From: an uncultured Lachnospiraceae bacterium
GTDB lineage: Bacteria > Bacillota > Clostridia > Lachnospirales > Lachnospiraceae
Reading direction: 5' to 3'
DNA length: 63,761 nt
Assembly (NCBI GenBank): GCA_900320325.1
Contig: ONRU01000003.1
Location: forward strand, 1-63,761
Positions 49,259-57,825 of this stretch are shown piece after piece. Position numbers and translations under genes: made by a program. Under the pieces are notes generated by a model. That model ran no database searches. It was not told where the DNA came from and was given only the letters and a program-made list of their open reading frames with translations. Position 1 is the stretch's first letter; each line of letters starts with the position of its first letter.

Positions 49259-49798
49259 ATGAATCTGCCTAACAAACTCACAATGCTGCGCGTTATTCTG
49301 ATTCCGTTTTTTGTATTTGCCCTGCTGAATCCGGGCGGCATCGTTCCCTATTCTGATTACGTAGCCCTGGTCATCTTCATCATCGCGTCCCTGACCGATA
49401 TGGCAGACGGCAAGATCGCCAGGAAATACGGCCTGGTCACAGACTTCGGCAAGTTCATGGATCCCCTGGCGGACAAGCTTCTGGTATGTTCCGCTATGAT
49501 CTGCCTGATCGAGATGGGAAGGATCCCTTCCTGGATCGTCATCATCATCGTTGCCAGAGAGTTCGCCATCAGCGGCTTCCGTCTGATCGCGGCCGATAAC
49601 GGCATTGTCATTGCCGCCAGCTACTGGGGAAAATTCAAGACCACCTTCCAGATGATCATGATCATCCTGATGATCCTCAACATCCCGCAGCTGCAGCTGC
49701 TGACAAATATCATCATGTGGGTCGCCCTGGCTCTGACCATCATCTCCCTTTGTGACTACATCATGAAGAACAAGCAGGTCATCAGCCAGACCAAATAA
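49259..49798 (+). CDS. pgsA: CDP-diacylglycerol--glycerol-3-phosphate 3-phosphatidyltransferase
   Basis: NLPNKLT, DMADGKIARKY...TDFGKFMDPLADK, GKFKT; TGCTATAAT extended -10 at 49172-49180. Confidence 0.96.
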   Translation: MNLPNKLTMLRVILIPFFVFALLNPGGIVPYSDYVALVIFIIASLTDMADGKIARKYGLVTDFGKFMDPLADKLLVCSAMICLIEMGRIPSWIVIIIVAREFAISGFRLIAADNGIVIAASYWGKFKTTFQMIMIILMILNIPQLQLLTNIIMWVALALTIISLCDYIMKNKQVISQTK

Positions 49799-49814
49799 TA
49801 GCATGGAATGCAGC

Positions 49815-49854
49815 AGGCTCTTCTGTACTTTATGGTACGGAAGAGTCTTTTTTT
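49815..49854 (+). terminator. Intrinsic terminator of pgsA
   Basis: AGGCTCTTCTGTAC-tttatg-GTACGGAAGAGTCT plus T-tract. Confidence 0.8.
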
Positions 49855-49859
49855 GTGGA

Positions 49860-49888
49860 TTGAAGCGGTTCAGATCCGGAATTATAAT
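49860..49888 (+). promoter_or_regulatory. sigmaA promoter of thiN
   Basis: TTGAAG-N17-TATAAT. Confidence 0.7.
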
Positions 49889-49957
49889 AGGAGAGGGCGT
49901 GGAGCCGTGAAAAAGAAGAAATGTTAAGTGTTAAGTATAGATGCGGAGAACTGCGGG

Positions 49958-50665
49958 ATGGAAGAATTGAAAAAAGGCACATGTATCCTGGTCTGTGCCG
50001 GGGACTACCGGGGAGAGAGGATCCAAAAAGGACCGGAGGATTTTGTGATGGCTGTGGACGCGGGACTGGGACACCTGATCCGCGCGGGGATGATGCCGGA
50101 CTATATCCTGGGAGACTTTGACTCCCTCCGCCGGGAGGATTTCCCCTTTCTGGACCGCTGGCAGCGGGAGCGTCCTGAAGCATTGACCCGCCTGCCCCAT
50201 ATCAAGGACGATACAGATACCGTGGCCGCTGTCAAACTGGGACTGCGGCTGGGATACCGCCGCTTCCGGATCTACGGCGGTCTTGGAGGCCGTCTGGACC
50301 ACACTTTATCCAATATTCAGACACTGGCTTATCTGAAGCGGCACGGGGGCCATGGGACACTGGCCGGCAGGGGGCAGCTGGTCATGGTGCTGGAACATGA
50401 GCGGATCCGGATCGACAGGGGCTTTGAAGGTCTTTTCTCCCTGTTCGCTCTGGATGAGCAGGTAACGGGAATCACCCTTAAGGGGATGGATTATGAACTG
50501 GAGAATGGTTCTCTGGTCAACACTTTCCCGCTTGGTCAGAGCAATGAGATCCATGCGGACCGGCAGGCCCTGGCGGCAGTGGACAAAGGTCTGGCCCTGG
50601 TGATCCTGGTATGGGAAGACGGACAGGCGCTTCCGCCTGTGTATGCCGTTTCATCACTTACCTGA
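49958..50665 (+). CDS. thiN: Thiamine diphosphokinase
   Basis: AVDAG, GDFDS, KDDTD, GGRLDHTLSN, LGQSNE. Confidence 0.93.
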   Translation: MEELKKGTCILVCAGDYRGERIQKGPEDFVMAVDAGLGHLIRAGMMPDYILGDFDSLRREDFPFLDRWQRERPEALTRLPHIKDDTDTVAAVKLGLRLGYRRFRIYGGLGGRLDHTLSNIQTLAYLKRHGGHGTLAGRGQLVMVLEHERIRIDRGFEGLFSLFALDEQVTGITLKGMDYELENGSLVNTFPLGQSNEIHADRQALAAVDKGLALVILVWEDGQALPPVYAVSSLT

Positions 50666-50700
50666 AGAAACCATGCGTGAAAAAACCTTGCGTGATGAAA
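50656..50700 (+). repeat. Degenerate tandem repeat, 3 x 15 bp, spanning the thiN stop
   Basis: acttacctgaagaaa/ccatgcgtgaaaaaa/ccttgcgtgatgaaa. Confidence 0.6.
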
Positions 50701-50704
50701 TGAC

Positions 50705-50732
50705 ACCGGGCGGAGCATACGCTCCGCCCGGT
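50705..50732. terminator. Hairpin between convergent thiN and methyltransferase
   Basis: ACCGGGCGGAGC-atac-GCTCCGCCCGGT; no clear T-tract. Confidence 0.55.
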
Positions 50733-50738
50733 CAATGA

Positions 50739-51414
50739 TCAGGTCCGGTCCGCAGGTTTCTGCGACAGGGTGGCCCAGAAAGTAGGGACGCCGTGTTCAT
50801 GCAGAAAACCGCTGCCATTGGTATCTTCATAGATGTCTTTCAGAATAAAACCGGCCCGCAGCTGGCCGCCGATCTGTTCCTCGGAACTCGACCGTCTGCT
50901 GGTCTTCACCGAAAATGAAATTGATGCCGTTGTCCAGGCCGCTCATCAGAATGCCGCCCGGTTTCAGGATCCGCCAGCATTCCTGCCACACCTGCTCTAC
51001 ATCCCGTATATAGCAGTTGGATAAAGGATGGAAGATCAGGTCAAAGGATTCGTCTTCAAAGGGCAGAGGCCGGGACATATCCGCCCGGATGGCCCGGATC
51101 TCATAATGTTCCCGCTGCGCGACCAGACGGTCGTTCTCCAGCTGTTTTTCGGAATAGTCCAGGACCGTGCATACAGCGCCCTGGGCAGCGAAAACAGGCA
51201 TCTGCTGTCCGCCGCCGCTGGCAAGCCCCAGAACCTGCAGGCCCTGCAGGGGAGGGAACCAGTCACGGGGCACATAACGGCCCGGCGTCAGGCGGATCTG
51301 CCAGTTGCCCAGAACGGCATTCTGATAATTCTGATGATTCAGGGGCCGGCTGCTCTGCCACCCCTCTTCCGCCCAGCGGTCGAAAATATAAGCATTAATA
51401 TCCTGATAGCGCAT
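50739..51414 (-). pseudogene. Class I SAM-dependent methyltransferase, frameshifted near 50883
   Basis: VLGLASGGGQQ, LDYS, ADM, FDLIFHP, LKPGG in first frame; family-like C-terminus EEQIGGQLRAGFILKDIYEDTNGSGFLHEHGVPTFWAT...* lies in another frame (50882-50739). Confidence 0.8.
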
Positions 51415-51612
51415 AGAACCTCCAAATATTGCTATCAATAATACCAGAAAGAAGGGGTGCTTCTCAAGGCTTTTTCTGCCGCGGCGGACGCCCGGACCGG
51501 CAGAGCCGGAATTTTGTCATGGAAAAACCGGAGAAGCAGTGGTCGGAAACCGTCATTCTGGTGTAAACTGTATACGAAAAAAGGATGATCAGGGGGTGCG
51601 GAGGAAGTCCCA

Positions 51613-52164
51613 ATGACCGGAGAAGAGAGACGCAGAGAAATACTGAACAGACTGAAAAGAGAAGAAAAGGCGGTTCCGGCTCATGTATTCGCGTCGGAAT
51701 TCCATGTCAGCAGGCAGGTGATCGTACAGGATGTGGCCATGCTGCGGATGGGCGGCGCCGAAATCCTGGCCGGCAAGTACGGCTATTTTATCCATCACGG
51801 CGAGCCGGTGGAGCGGGTCTTCAAGGTGATCCATTCCGATGAGGAGACCGAGGAGGAGCTCTGCCTGTATGTGGACTACGGCGGCCGGGTCGAGGATGTC
51901 TTTGTCTATCATAAGGTATACGGTGTCCTGCGGGCCGGGATGAATATCCGGTCCAGGCATGATGTCCACGAGTATATGAAATCCCTGAAAGGCGGTAAAT
52001 CCAGCCTGCTCAAGAATATTACGGCCGGCTACCACTACCACACAGTCTCAGCGGACAGCAGGGAAACGCTGGACAGGATCCAGAAGGCGCTGGCGGAAAG
52101 AGGTTTTCTGGCGCCGCTGCAGGACTATGAGCCTGTCAATTTCTGGGATAAACCTGAAGAATAA
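51613..52164 (+). CDS. niaR: NiaR/YrxA-type transcriptional repressor (HTH + 3H domain)
   Basis: VSRQVIVQDVAMLR HTH; His ligands in IHS...EEEL, VYHKVYG, GYHYHT. Confidence 0.92.
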   Translation: MTGEERRREILNRLKREEKAVPAHVFASEFHVSRQVIVQDVAMLRMGGAEILAGKYGYFIHHGEPVERVFKVIHSDEETEEELCLYVDYGGRVEDVFVYHKVYGVLRAGMNIRSRHDVHEYMKSLKGGKSSLLKNITAGYHYHTVSADSRETLDRIQKALAERGFLAPLQDYEPVNFWDKPEE

Positions 52165-52208
52165 GAAGCGGACACGGGTATAAATCATCGTATAAAAAAT
52201 GAACAGCA

Positions 52209-52250
52209 GAAAAAAGGAAGAAAGGGGATCTCCCCTTTCTTCCTTTTTTC
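52209..52250 (+). terminator. Intrinsic terminator after niaR
   Basis: Perfect 20-bp inverted repeat GAAAAAAGGAAGAAAGGGGA-tc-TCCCCTTTCTTCCTTTTTTC. Confidence 0.85.
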
Positions 52251-52276
52251 AGTTCCGCGATTTTTGCCCTCCCCCT

Positions 52277-52306
52277 TTGCACAGGGCGTCTGCCCTGTGC
52301 TACAAT
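52277..52306 (+). promoter_or_regulatory. sigmaA promoter of the GntR/YtrA operon
   Basis: TTGCAC-N18-TACAAT with extended TG. Confidence 0.7.
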
Positions 52307-52309
52307 AAG

Positions 52310-52330
52310 TGTGCTATGAGCGTTAATACA
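52310..52330. promoter_or_regulatory. Candidate YtrA-family operator
   Basis: TGTGCTA-N7-TAATACA over the expected +1; fits the TGTACTA-N7-TAGTACA type of YtrA-subfamily site. Confidence 0.7.
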
Positions 52331-52440
52331 TATGAGTGTCATAGAGGACTTATGATACATTTGTCATAATAGTGACATGATAACCGGGCAGGAGAGGAAA
52401 TCCCCTGTCCCGCGGACGAAAGAGAACAGGAAGGCACACA

Positions 52441-52812
52441 ATGATTTCTATCAATTATCAGGACAGCAGACCGATCTATGAGCAGATCGTATCGGGATAC
52501 CAGAAGCTGATCTTCCGGGGCGTGCTGCGGCCCGATGAGAGGATTCCCTCTGTCAGGTCCATGGCGGCTACCCTGACAGCCAACCCCAATACTGTCCAGA
52601 AAGCCTACGCCGAGCTGGAGCGGCAGGGGTTTATTTATACTGTCCGCGGCAGGGGGAATTTTGTGTGCGGAGACCCCCGCCTGATCGAAACAAAACAGAA
52701 GGAGCTTCTTACTGTCATTGAAAAGGCGCTTTTGGAAGCGGGTGAAATCGGTCTGGATCCGGAAGAGGTCCTGCGTCAGGCCGCGGAAGGATACAGGAAA
52801 AGGCAGGCGTGA
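52441..52812 (+). CDS. GntR family regulator, YtrA subfamily
   Basis: PIYEQI, IPSVR, NPNTVQKAY-x-ELE, RGRGNFV; 123 aa with short helical C-terminus. Confidence 0.93.
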   Translation: MISINYQDSRPIYEQIVSGYQKLIFRGVLRPDERIPSVRSMAATLTANPNTVQKAYAELERQGFIYTVRGRGNFVCGDPRLIETKQKELLTVIEKALLEAGEIGLDPEEVLRQAAEGYRKRQA

Positions 52813-53861
52813 TGAAGAAGGATCGGGAGATGGCCCTTCCCGCCGGGGAAGGGGCCGCAGACGATAATATCATAGAAAATCCCGCAGAGAAGGCCGCGGA
52901 GAATACGCCGGCAGTGTCCGGATCTTCCGCCCTAGGCAGAATGCTGCACAGGAACGCGGCCCGGACAGCGGAGCGGAGACGGACCGGGGAACTGGAGACC
53001 CGCAGGAGCCGCAGAAGACGCAGTTCCTGGCGCTTTATCCTTCCTTCCCTGATCGGTGTCAGTGTCTTTTTCCTGGTGCCCTTTATGGTGGTCGTGTATT
53101 ATTCACTGGTCAACAATCCGGTCCAGCATGTTTTTGTGGGCACGGAGAACTATGTCCGGATCCTGCAGAATCCCGCTTTTCTGACAGCGGCCCGCAATAC
53201 ACTGGTCTTTTCCCTGATCTCGGTGCCTCTGGCGGTCGTCCTGTCCCTGTTCCTGGCGGTCGTCCTGGAAAGCCGGATCCCTTTTAAGAGCTATTTCCGC
53301 TCTTTCTTCCTGAGCCCCATGATGGTGCCGGTGGCTTCCGTGATCCTGGTATGGCAGGTCCTGTTCCATTCCCACGGACTGGCCAACGATCTGATCGGAA
53401 TATTCGGCCTGGGACCCATTGACTGGCCCAAGTCGGATTATGCCATGATCCCCATCTGCATCCTCTTTTTGTGGAAGAATCTTGGCTACAACATGATCCT
53501 GTTCATGGCCGGCCTTTCCGCCATACCCCGGGAGATCCTGGAGGTGGCGAAACTGGAAAGCGCCACGGACTGGCAGATATTCTGGAGCATCAAGCTCCGT
53601 TATCTTTCCTCGTCCCTTATGTTCGTGACGATTATGTCTCTGATCAACTCCTTTAAAGTGTTCAGAGAGATTTATCTGCTGACAGGAGATCATCCCTATG
53701 GATCCCTGTATATGCTGCAGCATTTCATCAACAATAACCTGTCATCCCTGGACTATCAGAAAGTGTCATCGGCGGCCATTCTCATGTCGATCGTGATGGT
53801 ATGTATCATTGCCCTTCTGCTGATGGCGGAGAACCGGGCAGGAAGAGATCTGGAGAGCTGA
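52809..53861 (+). CDS. CUT1-type ABC permease (MalF/UgpA-like) with charged N-terminal extension
   Basis: FILPS, FVG-x-ENY, WKNLGYNMILF-x-AGL-x-x-IP, EAA-like EVAKLESA, SFKVFRE. Confidence 0.88.
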   Translation: MMKKDREMALPAGEGAADDNIIENPAEKAAENTPAVSGSSALGRMLHRNAARTAERRRTGELETRRSRRRRSSWRFILPSLIGVSVFFLVPFMVVVYYSLVNNPVQHVFVGTENYVRILQNPAFLTAARNTLVFSLISVPLAVVLSLFLAVVLESRIPFKSYFRSFFLSPMMVPVASVILVWQVLFHSHGLANDLIGIFGLGPIDWPKSDYAMIPICILFLWKNLGYNMILFMAGLSAIPREILEVAKLESATDWQIFWSIKLRYLSSSLMFVTIMSLINSFKVFREIYLLTGDHPYGSLYMLQHFINNNLSSLDYQKVSSAAILMSIVMVCIIALLLMAENRAGRDLES

Positions 53862-53864
53862 TCT

Positions 53865-55007
53865 ATGGAGGAAGAAAGAAAAAGCCCTGTTCCCGAAAAC
53901 GGAGAACAGCAGCTTCCTGCGGAGAACAACAGCATAGAGAATGTGGAAGAGGAGAATCAGGAAAAGGAGCTCCCGGCACCCGTCGTCCGCCTGAGCGGTT
54001 CCCAGCGCAGAAGGGCCGCGGCCATACTGGAACGCAGGCGCAGGCAGCGGGAGGAAGCGGAGCAGCAGCGCCGTCTGGAAATGGCCCTGGACCGGGAACA
54101 GGCCCGGATCCTGCATGGAAAGCGCGTGCGCAGGCGGTTCGTCAGGGCGGCCCTGATCACGATCCTGGCCGGTATCTTCGCGGTCCTCTTTCTGATGCCC
54201 ATTGTGGTCACCTTTACCAATTCCTTCATGGCCCCGTCGGAGATCAACGCCAATTACGGCAAGGTCTTCGCGACCGGCACCAACGGCGGCAAGGTCTTTA
54301 TCGCGGATAAGGTCAATCTGAAGTTCATCCCCGATATGGTGACCTTCAGCCAGTACGCCAGCGTCCTTTTCCGGAGCCCGGAATATCTGCTCAAGTTCTG
54401 GAATTCCGTACTTTACGTGGTACCGATCGTGGTATTCCAGCTGCTGGTCGCCTCTCTGGCAGCTTTTGGCTTTGCCAGATACAGCGGAAAGGTCAGGTCA
54501 GCGGTCTTCTTTATTTATATAGCCGTCATGCTGATGCCCTACCAGGTCACCCTGGTACCCAACTACCTGGTATCCGGCTGGCTGCATATCCTGAATACCA
54601 GATGGGCCATCCTGCTGCCCGGCATTTTTTCACCCTTTGCCGTATATATGCTGACCAAATATATGCGGCGGATTCCTGTCTCCCTCTATGAGGCGGCGGA
54701 GATTGACGGGGCCGGCGAATGGCAGGTCTTTACACAGATCTGCATGCCTCTGTGCCGCAGCGGCCTGGTATCCATCGCGATCCTGCTTTTTATTGATTAC
54801 TGGAATATGGTCGAACAGCCTCTGGTCCTGCTGAACAATTCGGAAATGCATCCTCTTTCCGTATTTCTGTCAGAGATCAATGCCGGAGAAATATCCCTGG
54901 CGTTTGCCGTGGCTGTCATATATATGGTGCTGCCCATGCTGATCTTCCTCTACGGCGAGGAATATCTGGTCGAAGGAATTACCTATCAGGGCGGCGTAAA
55001 AGAATAG
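53865..55007 (+). CDS. CUT1-type ABC permease (MalG/UgpE-like) with long charged N-terminal helix
   Basis: FWNS, AAFGFARY, MLMPYQV, EAA loop IP-x-SLYEAAEIDGAGE, FIDYWN. Confidence 0.9.
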   Translation: MEEERKSPVPENGEQQLPAENNSIENVEEENQEKELPAPVVRLSGSQRRRAAAILERRRRQREEAEQQRRLEMALDREQARILHGKRVRRRFVRAALITILAGIFAVLFLMPIVVTFTNSFMAPSEINANYGKVFATGTNGGKVFIADKVNLKFIPDMVTFSQYASVLFRSPEYLLKFWNSVLYVVPIVVFQLLVASLAAFGFARYSGKVRSAVFFIYIAVMLMPYQVTLVPNYLVSGWLHILNTRWAILLPGIFSPFAVYMLTKYMRRIPVSLYEAAEIDGAGEWQVFTQICMPLCRSGLVSIAILLFIDYWNMVEQPLVLLNNSEMHPLSVFLSEINAGEISLAFAVAVIYMVLPMLIFLYGEEYLVEGITYQGGVKE

Positions 55008-55067
55008 GCGGGAGGAGACCGCGGCCGCGGCATCCATCCTGACAACATAAGCATCCGGAGGAGCATT

Positions 55068-56585
55068 ATGTACAAGATCGAATCGAAAGAAAACCTCACA
55101 CCTGCGGAAGCGGCACTGGTCAAGGCGGCGAACAGGAGGGACAGGATCAAGAACCTGATCATCCTGTTTCTGGTGATCATGCTCGTATTGACATTTTTCT
55201 CCAATACGATCATGAATTACTCACTGCCGGAAGTGGCTGTCCAGTTCGTGGAGGAAGGGGATATCGCCCCGGTCGTCCGCGGCACCGGTACCGCGGAGGT
55301 GGAAAATCCCTATAACGTTTCGATCGCCAGCGGCCGTACCGTCAATTCCGTGGAAGTCCAGCCGGGCGACATGGTCGAAAAGGGAGATGTCCTCTTTAAA
55401 CTGGATGACACCGAGTCGGAGGAACTCAAGACGGCAAAGCAGGAGCTGGCCACCGCCAAAGCCGATTATCAGAAGACCCTGTTCGGCGGCGATCTGTCGG
55501 ACAGTGATATCACCAGGATCCGCAACGGAGAGTGGCGGGACGAGGATACCATGCAGGCACAGCTGGCGGATGTCAATGAGCGGTACAAGGCCGCCAAGAG
55601 CGACGCGGACTATTGGGAAAGAAGGGTCAACGCCCTCAGCGGCAACGCCTCCTCTTCCTCGGGTTCTTCGGATGATGACGATGACGGGGATTCCGTGGGA
55701 CTGGGGAACGCGCCCCTGCGCATGCCTCCATCCGGCGGCGCTCCGGCCATGGGCGTATCCGGATCCCTGCCGCCCCGTATCATGGCAGAGGATTCCGGCA
55801 GCGGCAGCTCCGAACTGGACCGGGCCAACTATGAAAAAAGCTACGCGGACGGGGTGCTGGCCAGTGTGACGGCGGAGAAGGAAGCCCTGGAAAAAAGCAT
55901 CGCCGCTGAGATCGAGCTGAAGCAGAAAAAGGCCGCCATTGACGCGGCCCAGGCCAAAGTGGACAGGCTCTCGGGCAGCGCGGACGGCGGTGAAGTCAAG
56001 TCTCCTGTAGCCGGCAAGGTGGTCACAGTCGCCTATACGGCCGGAGAGACGACCAATGAAGAGACGGACGCGGCCGTGATCCAGGTCGAAGGCCGGGATC
56101 TGATCGTCAGCTTCTCCACCGGCAAGGAGCAGGCCGCGGCCCTGACGCCCGGTACGGAAGCAAAGCCCCAGTACGCCTGGAATTATACAGATTTCAAAGC
56201 TAAGCTCAAAAGCATTTCAAAGGATAAAGACGACGCCAACAAGAGGGTCCTGACCTTTGTGGTGGATTCCTCTGAGGTGGAAGCCGGGGATTCCGTGGCC
56301 CTGATGATCAGCCAGAATGCCCAGCATTATGATACGACCGTACCTGTATCCGCGGTCCATGAGGACAACAGCGGTAAATTCATTTATATCGTAGAAGCCA
56401 GACAGAGCCCGCTGGGCAACCGTTATATCGCCAGAAAGGTCCCGGTGACGGTCGAAGCCTCGGACGAGAGCATGTGCGCCATCAACGGTTCCCTGTCCGG
56501 CAGCGAATATGTCATTACGACCGCCTCCAAACCGGTGGCGGCCGGCAAACAGGTCAGGCTGACGGAGGATTCGGATGCTTCGTAA
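55068..56585 (+). CDS. Membrane-fusion protein (HlyD/MacA-like adaptor)
   Basis: Single N-terminal TM, split lipoyl halves (VEVQPGDMVEKGDVLF; VKSPVAGKV...GE), coiled-coil hairpin, VPVSAV membrane-proximal domain. Confidence 0.88.
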   Translation: MYKIESKENLTPAEAALVKAANRRDRIKNLIILFLVIMLVLTFFSNTIMNYSLPEVAVQFVEEGDIAPVVRGTGTAEVENPYNVSIASGRTVNSVEVQPGDMVEKGDVLFKLDDTESEELKTAKQELATAKADYQKTLFGGDLSDSDITRIRNGEWRDEDTMQAQLADVNERYKAAKSDADYWERRVNALSGNASSSSGSSDDDDDGDSVGLGNAPLRMPPSGGAPAMGVSGSLPPRIMAEDSGSGSSELDRANYEKSYADGVLASVTAEKEALEKSIAAEIELKQKKAAIDAAQAKVDRLSGSADGGEVKSPVAGKVVTVAYTAGETTNEETDAAVIQVEGRDLIVSFSTGKEQAAALTPGTEAKPQYAWNYTDFKAKLKSISKDKDDANKRVLTFVVDSSEVEAGDSVALMISQNAQHYDTTVPVSAVHEDNSGKFIYIVEARQSPLGNRYIARKVPVTVEASDESMCAINGSLSGSEYVITTASKPVAAGKQVRLTEDSDAS

Positions 56586-57825
56586 AATCGCTGCCGGATG
56601 GAGCCGGCTGAAACCGTGGATGAAAAGGGCACTGGCCGCCATACTGATCCTGATGGTCCTGTCCCGGGGCCTGGCTCTGGCCAGAACGATCCAGAGGAAC
56701 AGGCTGGCGGACCAGAATGAGGGAAAACGGTGGGCCGCTGACGGCAGCGCAGCCCAGATTTCGTGTTTTTTTTCTGAAGATGCGGGACTTACACAAGACA
56801 GCATACCCGAATTGGAGTATAATCTTCTCCATGGACTCGAAGCGGCTTCGATCACAGGGGCCTCTCTGGGCCTTCCCGAGGCAGTGCCCCTGCTGGAGGA
56901 CTGCTGGAGCGCTTCCGGAAAGATCGAGATTTCCCATAACGGTGTGACTGTATCCTGCGGCGCGGTGGGGACAGGCGGCGCTTATTTTCTGTTCCATCCC
57001 CTGCGTCTTCTGGACGGCGATTATTACAGGCCGGAGGAGATCATGAAGGACCGGGTCATGCTGGATGAGGAAACCGCCTGGGTCCTGTTCGGATCCTCGG
57101 ATATCGAAGGACAGATCATAGAGATCGGCGATGTGCCCCATTATGTCGCCGGTGTATACAAGCGCGACCAGGATCCTGTGTCCCGGGCCGCGGGACTGAA
57201 CGGCAGATGTGTCTATGTGTCTCTGGAGACCCTGCAGGCCCATGGCAACGGCGGTTTTCGTGATGAAGGAAGCGCGGACACGCCCGGAGAGGCAGAAGTC
57301 CGGGACCAGCAGCCGGCGGCAGACGCGGAGACAGCGGAAGCAGGCGGCTCTTCCGTACTGGAATCCGCTGAAAGCAAAGAATCCGCGGGACTGCTGATCG
57401 ACTGCTATGAGGTCGTGATGCCCAATCCGGTGACCGGATTCGCGGAAAAGATCGTCAGCAGCCAGCTGGGCACGGATCCATCCCTTGTTACAGTGGTCGA
57501 CAACAGCCGGCGTTTTTCCGGAGAGAGCCTGCGCCTTATCCTGGCCGGATGGATCCGGCGGGGGATGCAGACGGTTCCCATGCGCTATCCATTCTGGGAG
57601 AACCGCGCCAGGGCCTGGGAAAATATCTTTGCCCTTATGTTCTTTCTGGAGAACATGACCAGGATCTTCGCGGGATTTCTGACCATCCTGCTGGTGATTT
57701 CCTGGTACCGGCACAGAAAGTGGACCGCCGCGGCCATCGTCAGAGAGATCAGGGACAGGAACTATGACCGGCAGGCCCGCAGAGCCCTGGAGAAAAAACA
57801 AAAGATACAGGAGAATATCACATGA
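56575..57825 (+). CDS. MacB-like extracellular core domain membrane protein (two TM helices)
   Basis: TM, then YF...L-x-LLDG-x-Y, VML-x-E-x-x-A-x-x-LFG, EGQ-x-I-x-IG, VAGV, VYVS (MacB PCD pattern), then one more TM. Confidence 0.78.
   Translation: MLRKIAAGWSRLKPWMKRALAAILILMVLSRGLALARTIQRNRLADQNEGKRWAADGSAAQISCFFSEDAGLTQDSIPELEYNLLHGLEAASITGASLGLPEAVPLLEDCWSASGKIEISHNGVTVSCGAVGTGGAYFLFHPLRLLDGDYYRPEEIMKDRVMLDEETAWVLFGSSDIEGQIIEIGDVPHYVAGVYKRDQDPVSRAAGLNGRCVYVSLETLQAHGNGGFRDEGSADTPGEAEVRDQQPAADAETAEAGGSSVLESAESKESAGLLIDCYEVVMPNPVTGFAEKIVSSQLGTDPSLVTVVDNSRRFSGESLRLILAGWIRRGMQTVPMRYPFWENRARAWENIFALMFFLENMTRIFAGFLTILLVISWYRHRKWTAAAIVREIRDRNYDRQARRALEKKQKIQENIT

Noticed and set aside
49860-52164. 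TPP riboswitch or NiaR operator near thiN/niaR
   Set aside because: No CUGAGA/UGAUC TPP core or convincing palindrome seen in the short spacers
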